Source: Isurus oxyrinchus | Taxonomy: Eukaryota | Length of the DNA: 64,000 nucleotides | Assembly: GCA_026770705.1 (NCBI GenBank) | Contig: JANJGN010000151.1 | Location: 1,054,001 to 1,118,000 of the forward strand | Reading direction: 5' to 3' | Part shown: positions 13,040 to 26,679 of the stretch, piece after piece | Position numbering within the stretch: the stretch's first letter is position 1 | Layout: the number at the start of each line of letters is the position of its first letter | Notes under the pieces: model-generated | Seen by the model: the letters and a program-made list of their open reading frames with translations, nothing else | The model's database searches: none | Told to the model about the DNA's origin: nothing | Position numbers and translations under genes: made by a program

Positions 13040-13345
13040 CTGTGCGCCGACTCAGTGCACAATAATACACAGCGGAGTCGCTCAGTTGTAGTTTGGAGAT
13101 ATTTAACCGGCTGATTTTCTCGGCAGAATCGATAAAAGCAGAAATTCTCTCCCCGGCAGCATTTTCTTTATTCTCCTCTCCTGAAGTGTGTCTCTGAAGC
13201 AGGTATTCCGGAGCCTGTCCTGGGGACTGACGGTACCAGTGTACTGTGTACTGACAGATACCTGAATATTCACAGCTTAAAGTAACGGTGTCACCGGCAG
13301 CAGAGATTTGTAAAGGTGGATTCTGGAATATCAGGAGACTGGAAC
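13040..13345 (-). CDS. TRDV: NAR-TCR supporting TCR-delta V segment (leaderless, CDR1 Cys)
   Basis: Phase-1 acceptor (tttttcacccttcag|GT). VTLSCEYSGICQYTVHWYRQ...DSAVYYCALS has the canonical Cys/Trp/Cys plus an extra CDR1 Cys. No leader exon seen nearby upstream; perfect 23-RSS. These match the described hallmarks of NAR-TCR supporting V-delta. Confidence 0.92.
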
Positions 13346-15037
13346 CTGAAGGGTGAAAAATGAACATTTTGTTTTTGTTTAGCTACTGCTGATATGGGGA
13401 ATTTGTCAATCGCGCGAACAGCTTTGTGTTTTTTATCTTGATTTGAAGCCTGTTCGAACGCTGCTCATTGTTACTGAAATATGATCAACTGGGGAATGAG
13501 ATGATATTTTCTCTTCCATAGCGAATTCCTCCGATCAGGACTTCACGATCTGAATGGGTTTTGGGAACAGATTCAATAGTAACTTTCAAACGGGCGATGT
13601 ATCTGTTCTGAAGCAGAAAAATGCAGGAATATGGGGAATATGCATGAGTGGTGGGAACAATTGGATTACACTTTTAAAGGGACTGCACCTACACGATGGG
13701 CCGGATGTCATCCTTCCGCGCTGTATGGTTCTATTATGTATATTAGATTTGTTTTTATTTTCCCCGCTGAGAGACAAACCCGAGGGAACTTCTTATTAAC
13801 AGTGAAACAGTCAGTTTCCAAAAACTATTTGTCTGACAGTGACCTAGATATAACGCATCACTGCGCACAGCAAAATCCAACAGAATGCGATTGCAATTCG
13901 TCAGCACCAATCGGGTCAAACAGATAGTGAATATCGATGGTGAAATGTCAACCATTAGCTTCAGTTTAACACTTCTCAGGCGTTTCCATTTGGCTTTGGG
14001 TCTATTAGTTTATTTTTTTCGATCAATCTATGTTTCCACATTTCTCTTTAAGTTGAAATATTTACAGTTAGTTTCATTTTATTTCTACATTTACTTTGCA
14101 CTGTTTGTACGTCTTGCAATCGTGGGAACTTGTCCTAAACTCTCTCAGTTGTCGGTTGGGTTCAGCGTGTTCAGTTTCCGCAGTGGTTTTACTGTTGGGA
14201 GCTGTCTCTTCCGGCTTTCTGGCAATTTCAATCCTTTCCGCCCATTGACTGATTCTCTCCGCTTTCTCTGGGCGGAGTTTTCTCTAAGTTTTTCATTGTA
14301 CTCAATCTGCAGCAGAGGGATCAGCCATTTGGCACAGTGAATTATGTTGTGGGTATACTCCACAGCAGTCTCCCCAACCCGAAACCTAATTGACCATTTC
14401 CATCCATATTTCTTCCCCCCTCCTGTATTTTCAGCCTTCCCATAAATCTATCAATAACGTCTGCTCCAACTACTCAGTGTGGCATCAAGTTCCACATTCT
14501 GACGGTTTTAGTGTACATTTTTCTTCTTAATGTCTTTGTTCTCTTAGTGACGATCTGATATTAATGTCCTACTGATCTCGGCTCATCCATCAATATACAG
14601 CTGCCACACACGCACTCCATTAAACCCGTTCATAATTTTAAAGATTTCTCTGAATTCTCATTCCGGTTCTCTGTTTTCCAGATATAAGTGAACCAGACTT
14701 TTCAATCATTCCAGAGAGATGTGCAGTTTTGCTGATTCCTTTTCTCAGACATTTAAAAAATCTTTGCGAAGAATCTTACAAATAGAAGCAGGAATGGCCA
14801 TAACAACTTACAAACCCGCTCCGACGTTCAATAATATCGTGGATGATCATCGACGTAAGCATCACATTCCCATATTCCTAGATTCTTTTAATAACCAAAA
14901 ATCTATGGAACAGTCCCATTGATCCACTGAGTATACGCAGCTCTCTGAACTATAGAATGCAAGAGGTTTACAACACCCACCCGTATCTGCCATGTCAGCC
15001 GTTGAGAATGAGATCTGCTCGCATTCCTCTAAACTAC

Positions 15038-15935
15038 TGTTACGAAAGGTCAATGAGTTTAAAAATATTTTTCTGGCTAATTGTGCAATGTGTTAATGGG
15101 TGTAAGTATAGTTGGTTCTGCCTGTGTGATTTATTGCATTTGGAGTCAAGTGCACGGCAAGTTTGAAATTATCAAAGGAAGCTACATGTGGAAATATGCT
15201 TGAAATTCTAAGATGTAAATGTGGATGCTGGCTTAGCATTTAAGGTGTGAAGGAAAGTTTCAAAGTGGTGTTAGACTGTTTACAATTAACCAGATAAACA
15301 AGGCTAAGGAGTCAGATTTAATTTGTTCTGAGGGGTGCTGACAATATTGGCAACATGAAAGTTTTTATGTTATGAGGAAGATACAGTTTCAAAGAAATGT
15401 CAAACAATAGAATTTACATGTTAAAGAGAGAGAAACATACATACAGGAGAATGAAAGGCTATGTGAGGAGAGTGCCATGTAAGATCTAACAGGTGTCCGT
15501 GAAACAACCTTCATGAAGCCTCCTGCCATTTTTGCATATGCCTGCTATGTAAAAGTAGTGAAGTTGGGGAAGCCATTTGGAATTCCACTGTCAAGTGTGT
15601 GCTATGTTAACTTGCTGGTTGTATTTGAAATCGAAATCTATTTGGAGTGTTGCCTTAAAGGGGTGTATAACTGGGAGTCATGTTAATTCAGAATTTTAGG
15701 AGTTGTTATAATAGTAAATAACTTGTCTCTTATGTATGTGTTTGAAATATTTTATTTTGTTAATAAATATTATAATTTAATTTCTCAAAAGACCTTCTTG
15801 CTGGTCTCATTACTTCAGAACCAGTGCATACATCTTCCCGTAATACATATAGATTGCAAAACCGTTGTGACAGAGCGACAAAGTTTCCTTTGTGGATTTG
15901 GTCTGCCTGGCACACATCACCTGCCACGTGATAAC
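15038..15935 (+). mobile_element. Possible LTR-like insertion
   Basis: TGTTA...TAACA ends and an internal AATAAA; interrupts sequence that is continuous in paralogous introns (about 25330-25400). No clear TSD. Confidence 0.4.
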
Positions 15936-17145
15936 ATGACTGAGGGCTCTCTTTGGGTTACAGGAAGTTGCTCAATTGGTTCGGAGTTGGTCAATCTTAA
16001 GGCTACCAGAAGAAAATTGAATCCAGGAATTACTTTGAGGGGTTTCAAAGTGAGAAGAGTGCAAAAATTGTTGCATCCATGGCACACATCATCTGTAACG
16101 TCATAATACGAGGCAATGCAGGCTGTCACGACTTCATCTCTTCTCATAGGATAAACCATTTAACTCAGGAAGCTGCCTGACGAAACTTTGTTCACTTCCT
16201 TCAAGGCATGTAGATGTTTTCTCAATTATGAATCTAAAACTTTACACAGCATCCAGACTGGAGTCCAGTGCAGTCCTTCCCACACACAATACTTCTCCCA
16301 ATAGCTTTGTAATACCGAGGAGTACTGATTCATCAGCTGAGGTGGCAGTTCGTGCATAGGTGGTAACCAGCAGGAGGTTTCCTTCCTATCATTGGGCTGA
16401 TACCATGAGACGTCCTGCCATGGGAGTCAATGTTGAGGGCTCCAAGGGCAACTCCCTGCTGACTGCATATAACCTCGCCACCATTTCTAGGACTATCATG
16501 CTGGTGGCCCAGGACATACACAGAGATAGTGATGGTGCTAGATAAGACACTGCCTCTAAGTTATGATTCCGTGAGTTTGACTCTGCCAGGTTGTTGCTTG
16601 ACAAATATTTGGGAAAGCTCTCCCAGTTTTAGCACATACCTCCAGATGTTAGTAAGGAGGACACTGCAGGATGGACAGGCCTAGGTTTGCCATTGTCATT
16701 TCCGAAGCCTAGGTCGATTGCAAGTGGTGTGGTCCATGGATTATTCTTTTTTTTAGACTTAGCAGCCATTTGATTCAAATAAGTGGCTTGCTCTGTCATC
16801 ATTTTACAAAGCACTGAAGAGTAAACTACAATTCTTTGTGTCTGAAGTTTTATGTAGGTTAGACCAGGTAAGAACAGCAAATTTCCTTCGATTAAGTAGA
16901 CTAGGGCGCTGGGCGGCTCGCAACAATCGGCAACAGTTTCATGATCACTATACTACCAACAGCTTTTAACTCCTGGTGCTTGAATGCCACCAGCTGCTGC
17001 AGTGGGGTTTGAACCAGTATTAACACACAGAGGATTGACAGGGCATATGGGTTACTAGTCTAATGACATTACCACGAGGCCACCTTCCCCATGGCGATTA
17101 TTTGCCTGGATTCTTTACAACATGTCACGGTTTGGAGTCACTTAC

Positions 17146-17490
17146 CAGCTGTGACAGTCACCTCTGTCCCGGATCCGTCTGCATAACCATCTTTCCAAAC
17201 GGAACCACATCCATATTTGTACTGAGCTTTACAGTAATAGGTGGCCGTGTCTTCAACGCTCAGATCCCGAATTTCCAGTGAAAAATTATTTACCGCTTTA
17301 TTTATCGACACAACAAATCTCCCTTCGCTGGGGATCCGCTTCCACTCAGTGCCTGTCTGGGTTTTTCTGAAGAAATGTCCATCCTGTAAACGATGAGAAT
17401 TACCATGGAATACACAGGTAATGGTGAGGGACTGACACTCCTTTCTGGTCACCGCTACCGGGGTCTGTGTCACTGACTGACTGAAAGAGC
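17146..17490 (-). CDS. Germline-joined NAR-TCR VDJ exon, copy 3 (345 nt, phase 1-1)
   Basis: Acceptor aatttccag|GC. VTQTP...RKECQSLTITC...GHFFRK...EDTATYYCKAQYKYGCGSVWKDGYADGSGTEVTVTA. Donor G|GTAAGT at 17145. No RSS between V and J. Confidence 0.93.
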
Positions 17491-17629
17491 CTGGAAATTA
17501 AACAGAGAGAGTTTAATGGGCCATCAGATCCGAAGTACAAAACGCGGTGCAAACGCCAGACAGTGTCTGTAATTGGGAAGAACTCCGGCAGCTTTAGGTA
17601 AAATGCACACAACGTCGATTAGTTCGATT

Positions 17630-17672
17630 GGTTGCCACGGAGTATACAGGGCAAAACAAGCTAAATTCCCAT
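17630..17672 (-). pseudogene. Inactivated leader exon of joined copy 3
   Basis: ATG GGA ATT TAG (stop at codon 4), internal deletion and degenerate donor relative to the intact leader at 34687-34729. Confidence 0.8.
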
Positions 17673-17726
17673 TCTTCTGCTTCCCGGAGCTGATAGTTTG
17701 TACAACGGGGAGCAGGAGATTGCGGC

Positions 17727-18228
17727 AATAAAAGCAGAAAGTGCTGGAAAAACTCAGCAAGTCTGGCAGCCTCTGTGGAGAAAGCAACAGCGTTAACGTT
17801 TCCAGTCGCTGTGGAGTGGTGTTGTTTTCAGACTAGTAGCCCAGGGACGCAGGCCAATATTCTGGGGTCCCTGGTTCGAGTTTAGCCAAGGCAGATGGTG
17901 GAATTTGAATTGAATCAACATCAGGAATCAAAAGTCTAATGATGACCATAAAACCATTGTCGATTGTTGTAAAAACCCATCAGGTAAACTTATGCCTTTT
18001 AAGGAAGGAAATCTGCCAATCTTATCGGGTCTGCCCTACATATGACTCCAGACGCACAGCAATGTGGTTGTCTCTGAAATGCCCGGATAGGCAATAAATG
18101 CTTGCCTTGGCAGTAGCGCCCACATCCAAAGATTAAAATAAAAGATGTTGCCAGAACTGCTGAGGATTTTCCAGCATTTTCTGTTTTTATTTCCGGTTTC
18201 TAGCATCCGCAGTATTTTGTTTTTATGT
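17727..18228. mobile_element. Non-autonomous Penelope-derived insertion with inverted ends and a nested tRNA-type SINE, between promoter and leader of copy 3
   Basis: Ends match the Penelope terminal repeat in opposite orientations. Flanked by a 13-bp imperfect duplication AGGAGA(T/C)TGC(G/A)GC at 17714-17726 and 18229-18241. Absent from the three paralogous 5' regions. Confidence 0.75.
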
Positions 18229-19540
18229 AGGAGACTGCAGCTCTGAACTGCTCATGGAGACTGCAACTCAGAGCTGGACTGAAATATTTTAGACTGTACA
18301 GTTCATTTGCCGTGGACTGTGTCCCTCGGATGATTGATGAGCCGTCCCATTTCCATCTCTCCGCTTGTGTGTTGCCTGAATGAGTGACAGGTTTAAAAAC
18401 GGAACCAGCGGTTTCATGTTGCTTCTTTGGGTCTGGAAGCCTGATGTGAAGTCCCCACTCCCATTTGTCTGATGTACAGTTGCTGGCGGGATGGGACGAG
18501 GGAGGTGGAATGGTTTTCCTTAGGAAAGTCTGCCTTCCTCTTTCTCCCACAATAATGAAATTGCAGGTGCGTCCATGTGCTTTTAATAAGAGGTAATGTT
18601 TGAGGGTGGGATGTGGGAGAATCTCTCTGTCTCCAATATTGTCCTAACTGTAGTTAAAAACAGACAAAATCTGGAAAAACCCGGGATATCTGGCAGCATC
18701 TAGCGCGGGTGAAACAGAGTTAACGTTTCGAGTCCCCATGACTGCTTCAAAGCTGCCTCTGCCGGAAATTGTTAAACATCTCCCTGAACTGGCTGGTGAG
18801 ACTTCATTTGACTGCTTGATCAAAGGGAAGAAGCCTTATACCCGCCTCAGACAAGCAACTGAGGATCAAGATGCAATATGAGGTAGTCCAGTGACTTCCC
18901 AATGTTCAGGCAGAAAGAATCAACTCGCCATATCATTTAAACAAAAGCTTGTTGCACTCCTTCCATTATGATTTGCATTTGAACTGATCTATCCAGTGAA
19001 CTATGGTTGATTTCCAGGTCCGGATTACTGAGAGCTTCCAGTTGCAATTAAATAACACGAAGAAACACTTAGAAGTGCAGTAGAAATGCGGAAACACGGT
19101 TTTTAAAATTTTATTTAAAGATCACAGTCACTGCCTTATGAAAGCTTTCATGTGGATTAGTTGTCCCTGATCCAACAACACTGTTAAAATATAGCTCGTG
19201 AACAGTACCGGAGCAAAATCTGGAACTCCCTCCCTAACAGCACTGTGGGTGTACCTACACCACATAGAATGCAGCGGTTCTGGAAGGCAGCTCACCTTCT
19301 CAAGGGAAACTAGGGATGGGCAATAAATGCTGGCCCAGCCAGCGAAGCCCACATCCCGTCAATGAGAGAAAAAAACTATCTGCTCCAACATTTCCCTGTG
19401 GCAACAAGTTTCAAATCCTGGCGTGCCTTTGTTTAAATTTACCTTTCTTAATGCCTTTATTTTTTTGTTAGTGTGGATCATACATTGACGGCCCATTCCT
19501 CTGGACTCGCCCACAAATAAATTTGTGCTCCACATCCACC

Positions 19541-21503
19541 CATAAGACCATAAGACATAGGAGCAGAAATTAGGCCATTCGGCCCAACGAATCTGCTCTG
19601 CCATTCAATCATGGCTGATAAGTTTCTCAACCCCATTCTCCCGCCTTCTCCACGTAACATATGACCTCTTACCATCAAGAACCTATCTATCTCGGTCTTA
19701 AATACACTCAATGACCTGCCTCCACAGCCTTCTGTGGCAATGAATTCCATAGATTCACCACTCTCTGGCTAAAGAAGTTTCTCCTCATCTCTTGTTCTAA
19801 AAGGTCTTCCCTCTACTCTGACGCTCTGCACTTGGGTCCTAGTCTCTCCTACTAATGGAAGCATCTTCCCCCTGTCCACTCTATCCAGGCCTTTCAGTAT
19901 TCTGTTAGTTTCAATCAGATCCCCACTCATCCTTCTAAACTTCATCGAGTATAGACCCAGAGTCCTCAAACGTTCCTCATATGTTAAGCCTTTCATTCCT
20001 GGGATCATTCTAGTGAAACTCTTCTGGATCCTCTCCAGGCCCAGCACATCCTTCCTGAGATACGGGGCCCAAAATTGCTCACAATATTCTAAATGTGGTC
20101 TGACCAGAGCCTTATAAAGCCTCAGCAGCACATCCCTGCTTTTATAATTCTAGTCCTCTTGAAATAAATGCCAACATTGCATTTGGCTTCCTAACTACTG
20201 ACTCTGCACTTTAGCCTTAAGAGAATCCTGGACTAGGACTCCCAAGTCCTTTGGCACTCCAGATTCCTGTATTCTCTCCTCATTTAGAAAATAGTCTATG
20301 CCTCTAATCTTCCTACCAAAGTGCATGACCTTACACTTCCCCAGATTGTAATCCATCTGCCACTTCTTTGCCCATTCTCCTAACCTGTGCAAATCCGTAT
20401 GCAGCCTCCCCGCCTCCTTAATACTACCTGTCCCTCCACCTAACTTTGTATCATTTGCAAACTTCGCCAGAATGCCCTCAGTTCTTTCATCTAGATCATT
20501 AATGTATAAAGTGAAAAGTTGTGGTCCCAACCTGACCCCTGCGGAACTCCACTAAACACCGGCCATCATCCTGAGAAGGACCCCTTTATCCCCACTCTTT
20601 GCCTCCTGCCAGACGGCTAATCTTCTTTCCATGCTAGTACCTTGCCTCTAACACCATGGGCTCTTATCTTACTGAACAGCCTCCTGTGCGGCACCTTGTC
20701 AAAGCCCTTCTGGAAGTCCAAGTAGATAACATCCATTGGCTCTCCTTTGTCTAACCTACTCGTTATCTCCTCAAAGAATTATAACAGATTTGTCAGGTAT
20801 GACCTCCCCTTGATGAAACCATGCTGACTTTGCCCTAATTTACCATGCACTTCCAAGTATTCTGAAATCTCATCCTTAATAATGGTCTCTAAAATCTTAC
20901 CAATGACCGAGGTCAGGCTAATCGGCCAGTAATTTCCCGTCTTTTGCCTCAGTCCTTCTTAAACAGGGGGGTTACATTAGCGATTTTCCGGTCCTCTGGA
21001 ACCCTCCCTGACTCCAGTGGTTCGCGAAAGATCACCACTAACGCCTCCACTATCTCTTCAGCTATCTCCTTCAGAACTCTGGGGTGTAATTCATCTGCTC
21101 CAGGTTATTTGTCCACCTTCAGACCTTTCCGTTTTCCTAGCACCTTCTCCTTGGTAATGGCCACCATACTCACCTCTGCACACCACCCCCACCCCCCCGA
21201 CTTTCTTGAACTAGGGGGATGTTACTCGTGTTTTCCACCGTGAAGACTGATGCAACGTACGTATTCAGTTCCTCTGCCATTTCTTTGTTCCCCAATATTA
21301 CTTCTCCAACGTCATTTTCCAGGGCCCAATGTCCATTTTTGCCACTTTCTTACCCTTTATATATCTAAAAAAAAACCTCTTGCAATCTTGTTTTATATTA
21401 CTGGCTAGTTTACCCTCATATTTAATCTTCTCCCTCCTTATTTCTTTTTCAGTTGTCCTCTGTTGGTCTTTGTAGCCTTCCCAATCCCCTGGTTTCCCAC
21501 TGC
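19541..21503 (-). mobile_element. CR1-type LINE, 5'-truncated
   Basis: GPQLFTLYINDLD...AKFANDTKLGG and LYKALVRPHLEYCEQFWAPYLRKD; (cataagac)n tail at 19541. Confidence 0.92.
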
Positions 21504-23003
21504 ACACCCCAGTGAACACATTCATTATTTAGAAGATTTCTCTGAATTCTCCTCGCGTTTCTCTGTTTTCTAGAGAAAAGAAACCAGGCCTGTTCAGCCT
21601 TTCCAGACAGATGTCGATTTGTTGTTCATTTATTTTCTAAAAAGTGGAAGAAATCAAAGAAGGTGACATAAGAAATAGAAGCTGCCGCCACCTTTCAAAT
21701 CTGCTCCTCTGTTCAAGAATATAGTGGCTGATCTGCGTCCTGAATATCACAATCACGCACTGTCTCCATATCCCTTGATTCTTTCAGAGTCCAAACATCT
21801 ATGAACACTGCCCATCTTTGATTAGATGCCATGAGACCTCATGGTGTCTGGAGTCAATGTTGAGGACTCCCAGGGGCAACACCCTGCTGAGTGTATATCA
21901 CCGTGCAGCTGCCTCTGGGACTGTCCTGCTGGTGGCAAAGGACATACACAGGGACACTCACTTTTGAGTATCCACAGCTCTCTCAGGTATAGAATGTCAC
22001 GGATTCAAAATAATATTTTGACCAAAGACAAATCTCCTCATCTCAGTTCTAATGGCCGACTTCATATTCTAAACTCTGACACCTGAAGAAACACCAACCC
22101 CAGAAGCTGCCCTGTTAGGCCCCTTAAGAATACTTCATGTTCCAATGATATCAGCTGTAATTTCTTCAAGCTCGAGGGAATCTATGCTTTAACTACATAA
22201 CTTCTCCTCATAGGACAATCCGTTTGGCTCTGGAATCAGTACGATGAACGTTGTTCACTTGCGCCAAAGCATGTAGATCCTTTCTGAAGAATGAGCCCCC
22301 AAGTTTACACAGCATTCCAGACTGGAGCCCATTGCAGTCATTGCCACACTGAATGCTTCCTCCAATTAATGTTCAATACGGAGGAAAACTGATTCATCAG
22401 CTGGTGGGTCGGTGGTAATCAGCAGGAGGTTTCCTTGCCCATCTTTGATTAGTTGCCATGAGACCTCATGGTATCTGGAGCCGATGTTGAGGACCCCCAG
22501 GGGCAACACCCTGCTGAGTGTATATCACCTTGCAGCTACCTCTGGGACTGTCCTGCTGGTGGCACTGGACATACACAGGGACAGTGATGGTGGTGCCTAA
22601 GACATTGTCAAAAGGCTATGATTCTGTGAGCATGACTCTTGTCAGTGTGTTGTCAGTGACTAGGCCATCATTTCAGGGAGCATTTAAGAGTAAACCACAT
22701 TGTTTTGTGTCTGGAGTCACATGCGGGTTAGACTAGGTTTAAACTGAATATTTCCATCACTAAAGGACATTCGTGAATCAGATAGCTTCCAGCAATGATT
22801 TCATGATCACTAGTTTAAATGCCAGTTGTTTATATTACTTGATTTTTAATTCCACCAGTTGCTGGGATTTGAAGCCGATTTCCCAGTTCATTTGCCTTGC
22901 GCTCTGGATTACGAGTCTAATGACATTACAACTAGACCACCCCCTCTCCAATGTGAACATTAACCTGGATACTCTGTAATACATGGCGGTTGGTGTCACT
23001 TAC

Positions 23004-23351
23004 CGTCAGTGACAGTCAACACCGTCCCTGATCCGAGTTCATAAACATCTTTCGAAACGGTGCTCCCACATCTATATCTGTACTGAGCTTTACAGAAATA
23101 GGTGGCGGTGTCTTCAACTCTCAAATGTCGAATTTCCAACGACAATGTCTTTTTTTCTTTATTCACGGACACAACAAATCTCCCTCCGCTGGAGATCCAC
23201 TCCCGCTCTGTCCCGGTCTGGGTTTTTCTGAAGAAACGCCCGCCTTCTAAACTTTGAGAATTACCAGATAAAGCACAGGTGATGGTGAGAGACTGACACT
23301 CCTTCCTGGTCACCGCTGCCGGGGTCTGTGTCACTGACTGACTCAAAGAGC
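23004..23351 (-). CDS. Germline-joined NAR-TCR VDJ exon, copy 2 (348 nt, phase 1-1)
   Basis: Acceptor aatttccag|GC. SQSVTQTP...RKECQSLTITC...EDTATYFCKAQYRYRCGSTVSKDVYELGSGTVLTVTD. Donor G|GTAAGT. No internal RSS. Confidence 0.93.
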
Positions 23352-23498
23352 CTGGAAATTAAACAGAGAGAGTTTAATGGACATTCAGAGCCGAAACACA
23401 GAACGGGCTTAAACCCCAGACAGTGTCTGTAATTGGGATGGACTCCGGCAGCTTTATATTAAATCCATACAATGTCTGTTTGTTTGACCAGTGCTCAC

Positions 23499-23541
23499 GG
23501 GGTAAAAAAACACAAAGGGTGAAATCAAGGAGGGTTCGCAT
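23499..23541 (-). CDS. Leader exon of joined copy 2 (open, but Asp in the hydrophobic core)
   Basis: ATG...MRTLLDFTLCVFLP+C, donor GTGAGC; 43 nt, the same length as the leader at 34687-34729. Confidence 0.75.
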
Positions 23542-26343
23542 CGTTCTGCTGTTTGGAGTTGGTGGTTTATTTGACATGGAGCAGGAGACTGCAGACCGGG
23601 ACTGCTCTTGGAGATTGGGCCTCAGAGCTGGACTGAAATACTTTAGAGGGTAGAGTTGCTTTGCAGAGGGCGGTGTCCCACGGGCCACGCTGTATCCATC
23701 TCTCTGGTTGTGTGTTGTGTGAATAAGTTACAGATTTAAAAACGGAACCTGCAGTTTCATGTTGCTTCATTGGGCCTGTGAGCCTGATGTGAAGTCCCCT
23801 CTCCTATTTACCTGATGTACAGTGCCCGGCGGGGTGGGTGAAGGGAGGTAGGGTTGTTTCCATTAGTGAAGTGTGCCGCCCTCATTCTCCCAAAACAATG
23901 AGCTTGTAGCTCCATCCATGTGTTTTTAGTGAGAGCTACTTCATGAGGATGGGATGTGGGAGAATCCCTCTTTCCCCAATATTATTCTAACTGTCACGAG
24001 TATCAGAAAATGATGGAAACCTCATTAGTTCTGGCAGCATCTATGGAGAGTGAAACAAAATTAAAGTTTCGAGTCCATATGACGCTTCTTCGGAGTTGAC
24101 TGTGCTGGGAATTATTAAACATCTCTCTGAACTGTCTGGTGGGACTGAGGTTGAACGTCTTATCCAAGGGAAGGAACCTTATACCCGCCTTAGTCCAGCA
24201 ACTGAAAACCTGGTTGAAATAAAAGACAGCCAAGTGACTTTGCCAAAACTGAGGCAGAAGTACATAATGACTGGAAAGAATAAAGTGTCCACATCATTGA
24301 AAGAAATGCTTGCTGCACTCCTTCCTCTGTGATTTGCATTTGAAATAATGCTTCCAGTAAACAATGTTTGATTTCCTAGTCTGGATAATTCAGAGTTTCC
24401 AGTTGCAGTGTTAGAACTTGAAGCCACACTCAGAGGGACAGTTGAAATGGGGGCGGACACTGTGTTTGGGAATTGTTCAAAATATCACACTCACTACCTT
24501 GTGAAACCTGGTCACTGTGTATAAACTGCACCAGGTCTAACAACACGTTCTGTTGAAATAAACCTCGTGAAGCAGCCGCGGTCAAATGCTCCTGGAAACT
24601 GACAGGGACGAGGACATGGGTCTGCTCAATAAACCAGATAGGTACGCCAAGGGCTGAAAAAGGTCAAAAAAACGACTTTAGGAGCACCGGACTTCAAACT
24701 AATTTGGTCCACTGTACGTTACACAAACATGGCCGATCATCCGACACTCAAATGTGGTCGATTGCTGAATGGACCTTTGAGTAGGGCCGGATGGGCTACC
24801 GCTGATCCCCAATGTGCCATCAAAGATATCAACCTCATCTCATTGACCGAAAAAGAAAATGAAGATCTGACAAGACCTCCTTGCTTCATAAACAAGTTTT
24901 GTAGATGAAATATCGTCCATTTTCCTTCTGATTTTTCCGAATTCTCCTCGGGGTTCTGTGTTTTCCAGAGGGAAGAGGCCCCGCCTGCTCACCCTCTCCC
25001 GAGAGATGTCGATTGTTACTTATTTCTTTTCTCAAAAGCTGAATAAATCATAGCAGAGAACATAAGAAATAGAAGCTGGAGCCACCATAACACATTTCAA
25101 ACCTACTCTGCCATTCAACAATTTCCTGGCTGATCTCCTTCTTCAAAATCACATTCCCACACTTTCCCCATATCCCTTGATTCTATCAGAGTCCAAACAT
25201 TTATCGAACACTGTCTTGAATCCACTCACCACTGAGTGTAATCTGAAACTGTGACCCCTAGTTACAGACTGGACAGTCTGGAGAAACACCAATCCAGAAT
25301 CTGCCTGTCAAGAATATTTTACATTCCAATGATATCAGCTGTTATTTCTCTAAACTCTCAGGAATATATGCTTTGACTACTTAATCTCTTCTCCTAGGAC
25401 ACTCCCTTTAACTCAGGAAGCAGTCTGCCGAGTCTTTGTTCGCTTCCTTCAAAGCGTGTAGTTCCTTTCTTAATACTGAGTGCAAAGCTTTACACAGCAT
25501 GCTGACTGGAGTCCATTACAGTCCTTGCCGCCCTCAATGCTTCTTCCAATTGATGCTCAATAAGTGGGAGGACTGATTCATCAGCTGAACTAGAGATAGA
25601 TGGTCATCAGCAGGAGGTTTCCTTGCCTATCTTTAACCTGATGCCAGGAGACTTCATGGGGCATGGATTCAATGTTGAGGACTCCCAGGGGCAACTCGCT
25701 GCAGACTGCATATCAGCGCGCTGCTATCTCTGGTCTGTCTTGTCCGTGGCACAGGGCATACACAGGGATAGTGAAGACATTGTCAGTACGTTAAGTGAGT
25801 ATGACTATGTCAGGCTGTTGCTTGATAAACCTCCCAATTTTGGCACATGCCTCCAGAGTTACGAGGACATTGCAGGGTCGACAGGGCAGGGTTTAGCCAC
25901 GGTCATATTGTGTACCTGTGTCGATGTCAGATGCTATGCCGAGTGGTGGGTCCAGGTTTCATTCCTTTTTATTTCAGGCTTCGCAGCGATTTCATTCATC
26001 TGAGTGACTAGGCCACCATTTCAAGCAGCATTAAAGAGTAATCCACATTGCTTTGTGTCTGGAGTCGCATGTACGTTAGACCAGGTTCAAACGGAAGATA
26101 TCATTTCCTAAAGGGCATTGGTGAATCAGACATCTTGCAGCAATGGTTTTCTGATCACTTGTTTATATTATTAGATTTTTAATTCCATGCGTTGCTGCTG
26201 GTGGGATTTGAAGTAAGTTTCTCAGCTCATGGGCCTTGGCCTCTGGATTACGAGTCCAATGACATTACAACTAGACCACCCCCTCCCCAATGTGATCATT
26301 AACCTGGATAGACAGTAATACATGGCGGTTTGGTGTCACTTAC

Positions 26344-26679
26344 CGGCAGTGACGGTCAACAACGTCCCAGGTCCGTCTTCATAAGCATCTTTCGAAACGG
26401 TGCTCCAACAATTATATCTGTACTGAGATCTACAGTAATAGGTGGCTGTGTCTTCAACTCTCAAATCTCGAATTTCCAGCGAAAAGGTTTTTTCTGTTTT
26501 ATTCACCGACACAACAAATCTCTCCCACTCCCATTCTGTCCCGCTCTGGGGTTGTCTGAAGAAATGTCCGCTCACTAAACTATGAGAATTACCAGAGAAA
26601 ACACAGGTGATGGTGAGAGACTGACACTCCTTCCTGGTCACCGCTGCCGGGGTCTGTGTCACTGAGTGACTGAAATGGC
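26344..26679 (-). CDS. Germline-joined NAR-TCR VDJ exon, copy 1 (336 nt, phase 1-1, 12-nt in-frame deletion in the HV2 region)
   Basis: Acceptor aatttccag|GC. VTQTP...RKECQSLTITC...GHFFRQPQSGTEWEWERF...YYCRSQYRYNCWSTVSKDAYEDGPGTLLTVTA. Donor G|GTAAGT. Confidence 0.93.

Noticed and set aside
17146-26679. Joined VDJ exons as somatic rearrangements or retrocopies
   Set aside because: Three diverged tandem copies share one junction and retain introns and promoter regions, which fits neither explanation.
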